From the IMG/VR virus record IMGVR_UViG_3300040801_001133, positions 1 to 64,000 of that record: a stretch of 64,000 nucleotides of DNA; one strand, given 5' to 3'. Under the pieces are notes generated by a model. That model saw only the letters and a program-made list of their open reading frames with translations. It was not told the DNA's origin and did no database searches. Position numbers and translations under genes: made by a program. This document shows positions 63,135-64,000 of this stretch, in pieces (positions within the stretch are counted from its first letter, which is position 1; every line of letters starts with the position of its first letter). The DNA comes from a virus.

Positions 63135-63394
63135 TATTTACTTTTAAATTGTGAAAAATCCTTTAAAGCTCCGTTCATATTAACTCTAAAGTGTTGAGGA
63201 AACTCACAGTGACGAGATTCTACTAAATGAAGAGTTCTCATAAATGGATATATTTCAGACCCATTACTATCTTTTATTTTAAGACCAAAATGGTTTAATA
63301 ATCTATATCTTTCATCATTTGGATTAAGCATAGTGAGAACATAATCTGCATCTTCGGCTAAGTTCAGTTTTGTTATCGTAATTGTTCTTTTAAT
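63134..63394 (-). CDS. C-terminal exon of a DnaB/RecA-superfamily replicative helicase
   Basis: AEDADYVLTMLNPNDE resembles DnaB EQDADVVMFLYRDDYY. LHLVESRHCEFPQHFRVNMNGALKDF resembles the ..KNRNGPTG...L.F.....F tail. The track 'M' is TTG directly after an in-frame TAA, so the exact splice acceptor is inferred. Confidence 0.5.
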   Translation of the reverse strand: MKRTITITKLNLAEDADYVLTMLNPNDERYRLLNHFGLKIKDSNGSEIYPFMRTLHLVESRHCEFPQHFRVNMNGALKDFSQFKSK

Positions 63395-64000
63395 CAATTA
63401 CATCTACATATTTCTATGTAGCTCAGACTATATCATCATCTCAAATTTGAGATGGTGGGCGCTCGTGTTCCTATTATATTCTACTATTAGTAGTTTCAAG
63501 GATTAGTCGTTGCACCTTCTTTAATTTTTTAAATTAAAGCTTGGCTCAGGGTTACCATATCTTTCGACTTAGGCTTTCTCTGAGTTCACCCACTTTTCTT
63601 ATAATATCACTACTATAAGGGGCTTATTATAATTTGGCTAGTTAAACCTTTCATCTTTTTAGTTAATATTCCTTTTCTGTACTGGGACATATCCCATTTT
63701 GATAAGTTATAGTTTCTTTTAAAAGATTCTAAAGACCTATAAATAATAGTTTGATAACCATTAAATATTTTTACTCTAGTATGATTTGACTGTTTTGCCA
63801 TATCATAGTTAAGAGGAAAGACTTTATATCTTTTTTTACTAAAAAAATAATTTTTTATAGGATTAATTTTCATACCATAATTATCAAACCTACTCATTTG
63901 ATTTGATATTCTAGATTTAGAAATTCCTAGTTCTTTACTAGCAAAAGCAACAGATTTATACTCTTTGTGTAATTTACCAAATAAATTATAACAATACAGT
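63395..64000 (-). mobile_element. group I intron (3' portion; 5' end beyond the window) with an upstream endonuclease ORF
   Basis: The same core as the 60640-61504 intron is present: R element GGTGCAACGACTAATCC (63503-63516), CACGAGCGC, S element GATGATATAGTCTGA (63423-63437), P9 hairpin CTACATA-GAAA-TATGTAG, then ...GTAATTG ending in G before the exon. Confidence 0.65.
63613..64000 (-). CDS. intron-encoded homing-endonuclease-like ORF, C-terminal DNA-binding part (5' truncated by the window)
   Basis: The frame of track ORF 63613-63897 stays open upstream to the window edge (LYCYNLFGKLHKEYKSVAFASKELGISKSRISNQ-MSRFDNYG...). YKSVAFASKELGISKSRIS is a NUMOD1/IENR-like HTH. The catalytic domain is not in the window. 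Confidence 0.45.
   Translation of the reverse strand, partial: LYCYNLFGKLHKEYKSVAFASKELGISKSRISNQMSRFDNYGMKINPIKNYFFSKKRYKVFPLNYDMAKQSNHTRVKIFNGYQTIIYRSLESFKRNYNLSKWDMSQYRKGILTKKMKGLTSQIIISPL

Noticed and set aside
60640-63397. The track start codons ('M') of ORFs 60211-60642 and 63134-63397 as genuine translation starts
   Set aside because: Both are TTG codons lying directly at the deduced 3' ends of the group I introns (...AATTTG, ...GTAATTG). The proteins lack their own N-terminal motifs and continue upstream exons, so they are treated as exon 2 segments.
1-64000. Integrase, repressor or other lysogeny functions that would make the tRNA fragment an active attP
   Set aside because: No tyrosine or serine recombinase motifs were recognised in any ORF of this window. 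The question stays open only because about a third or more of the genome probably lies outside the window.

Overview
Visibly AT-rich, tightly packed phage DNA with no cellular housekeeping genes, rRNA or CRISPR. Two convergent transcription blocks meet at a bidirectional hairpin terminator (44336-44367). The + strand block (1-44332) is a virion/late block: a putative capsid gene, four modular receptor-binding proteins, a promoter/terminator-bounded three-gene cassette, tail-type structural genes including an 1830-aa protein, then large internal 'cargo' proteins of 505, 809, 4218 and 1554 aa. The 4218-aa ORF carries a beta-prime-type RNA polymerase catalytic barrel (RxPTxxH ... DFDID), the hallmark of virion-packaged RNAPs of crAss-like phages. 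The - strand block (44464-64000) is an early/DNA-metabolism block: dUTPase, macro domain, MazG-like, dNMP kinase, Rnl2-like RNA ligase, metallophosphoesterase, YqaJ-like exonuclease, resolvase-like nuclease, rIIA/rIIB-like pair, UDG, Toprim primase, P-loop ATPase, vWA protein and the C-terminus of a DnaB-like helicase. Main observations: (1) the giant RNAP fusion protein, which also has a C-terminal HExxH; (2) two related group I introns on the - strand, each with a homing endonuclease ORF placed differently, splitting the ATPase and helicase genes, with P1/P10 pairings readable for the first; (3) an in-frame TGA exactly at the motif I glycine of the RNA ligase; (4) a signal-peptide outer-membrane-barrel-like gene nested among the receptor-binding genes; (5) an orphan tRNA 3' fragment. 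A Bacteroidota (Flavobacteriia-like) host and crAss-like affiliation are inferences from motifs and gene content, not database searches.
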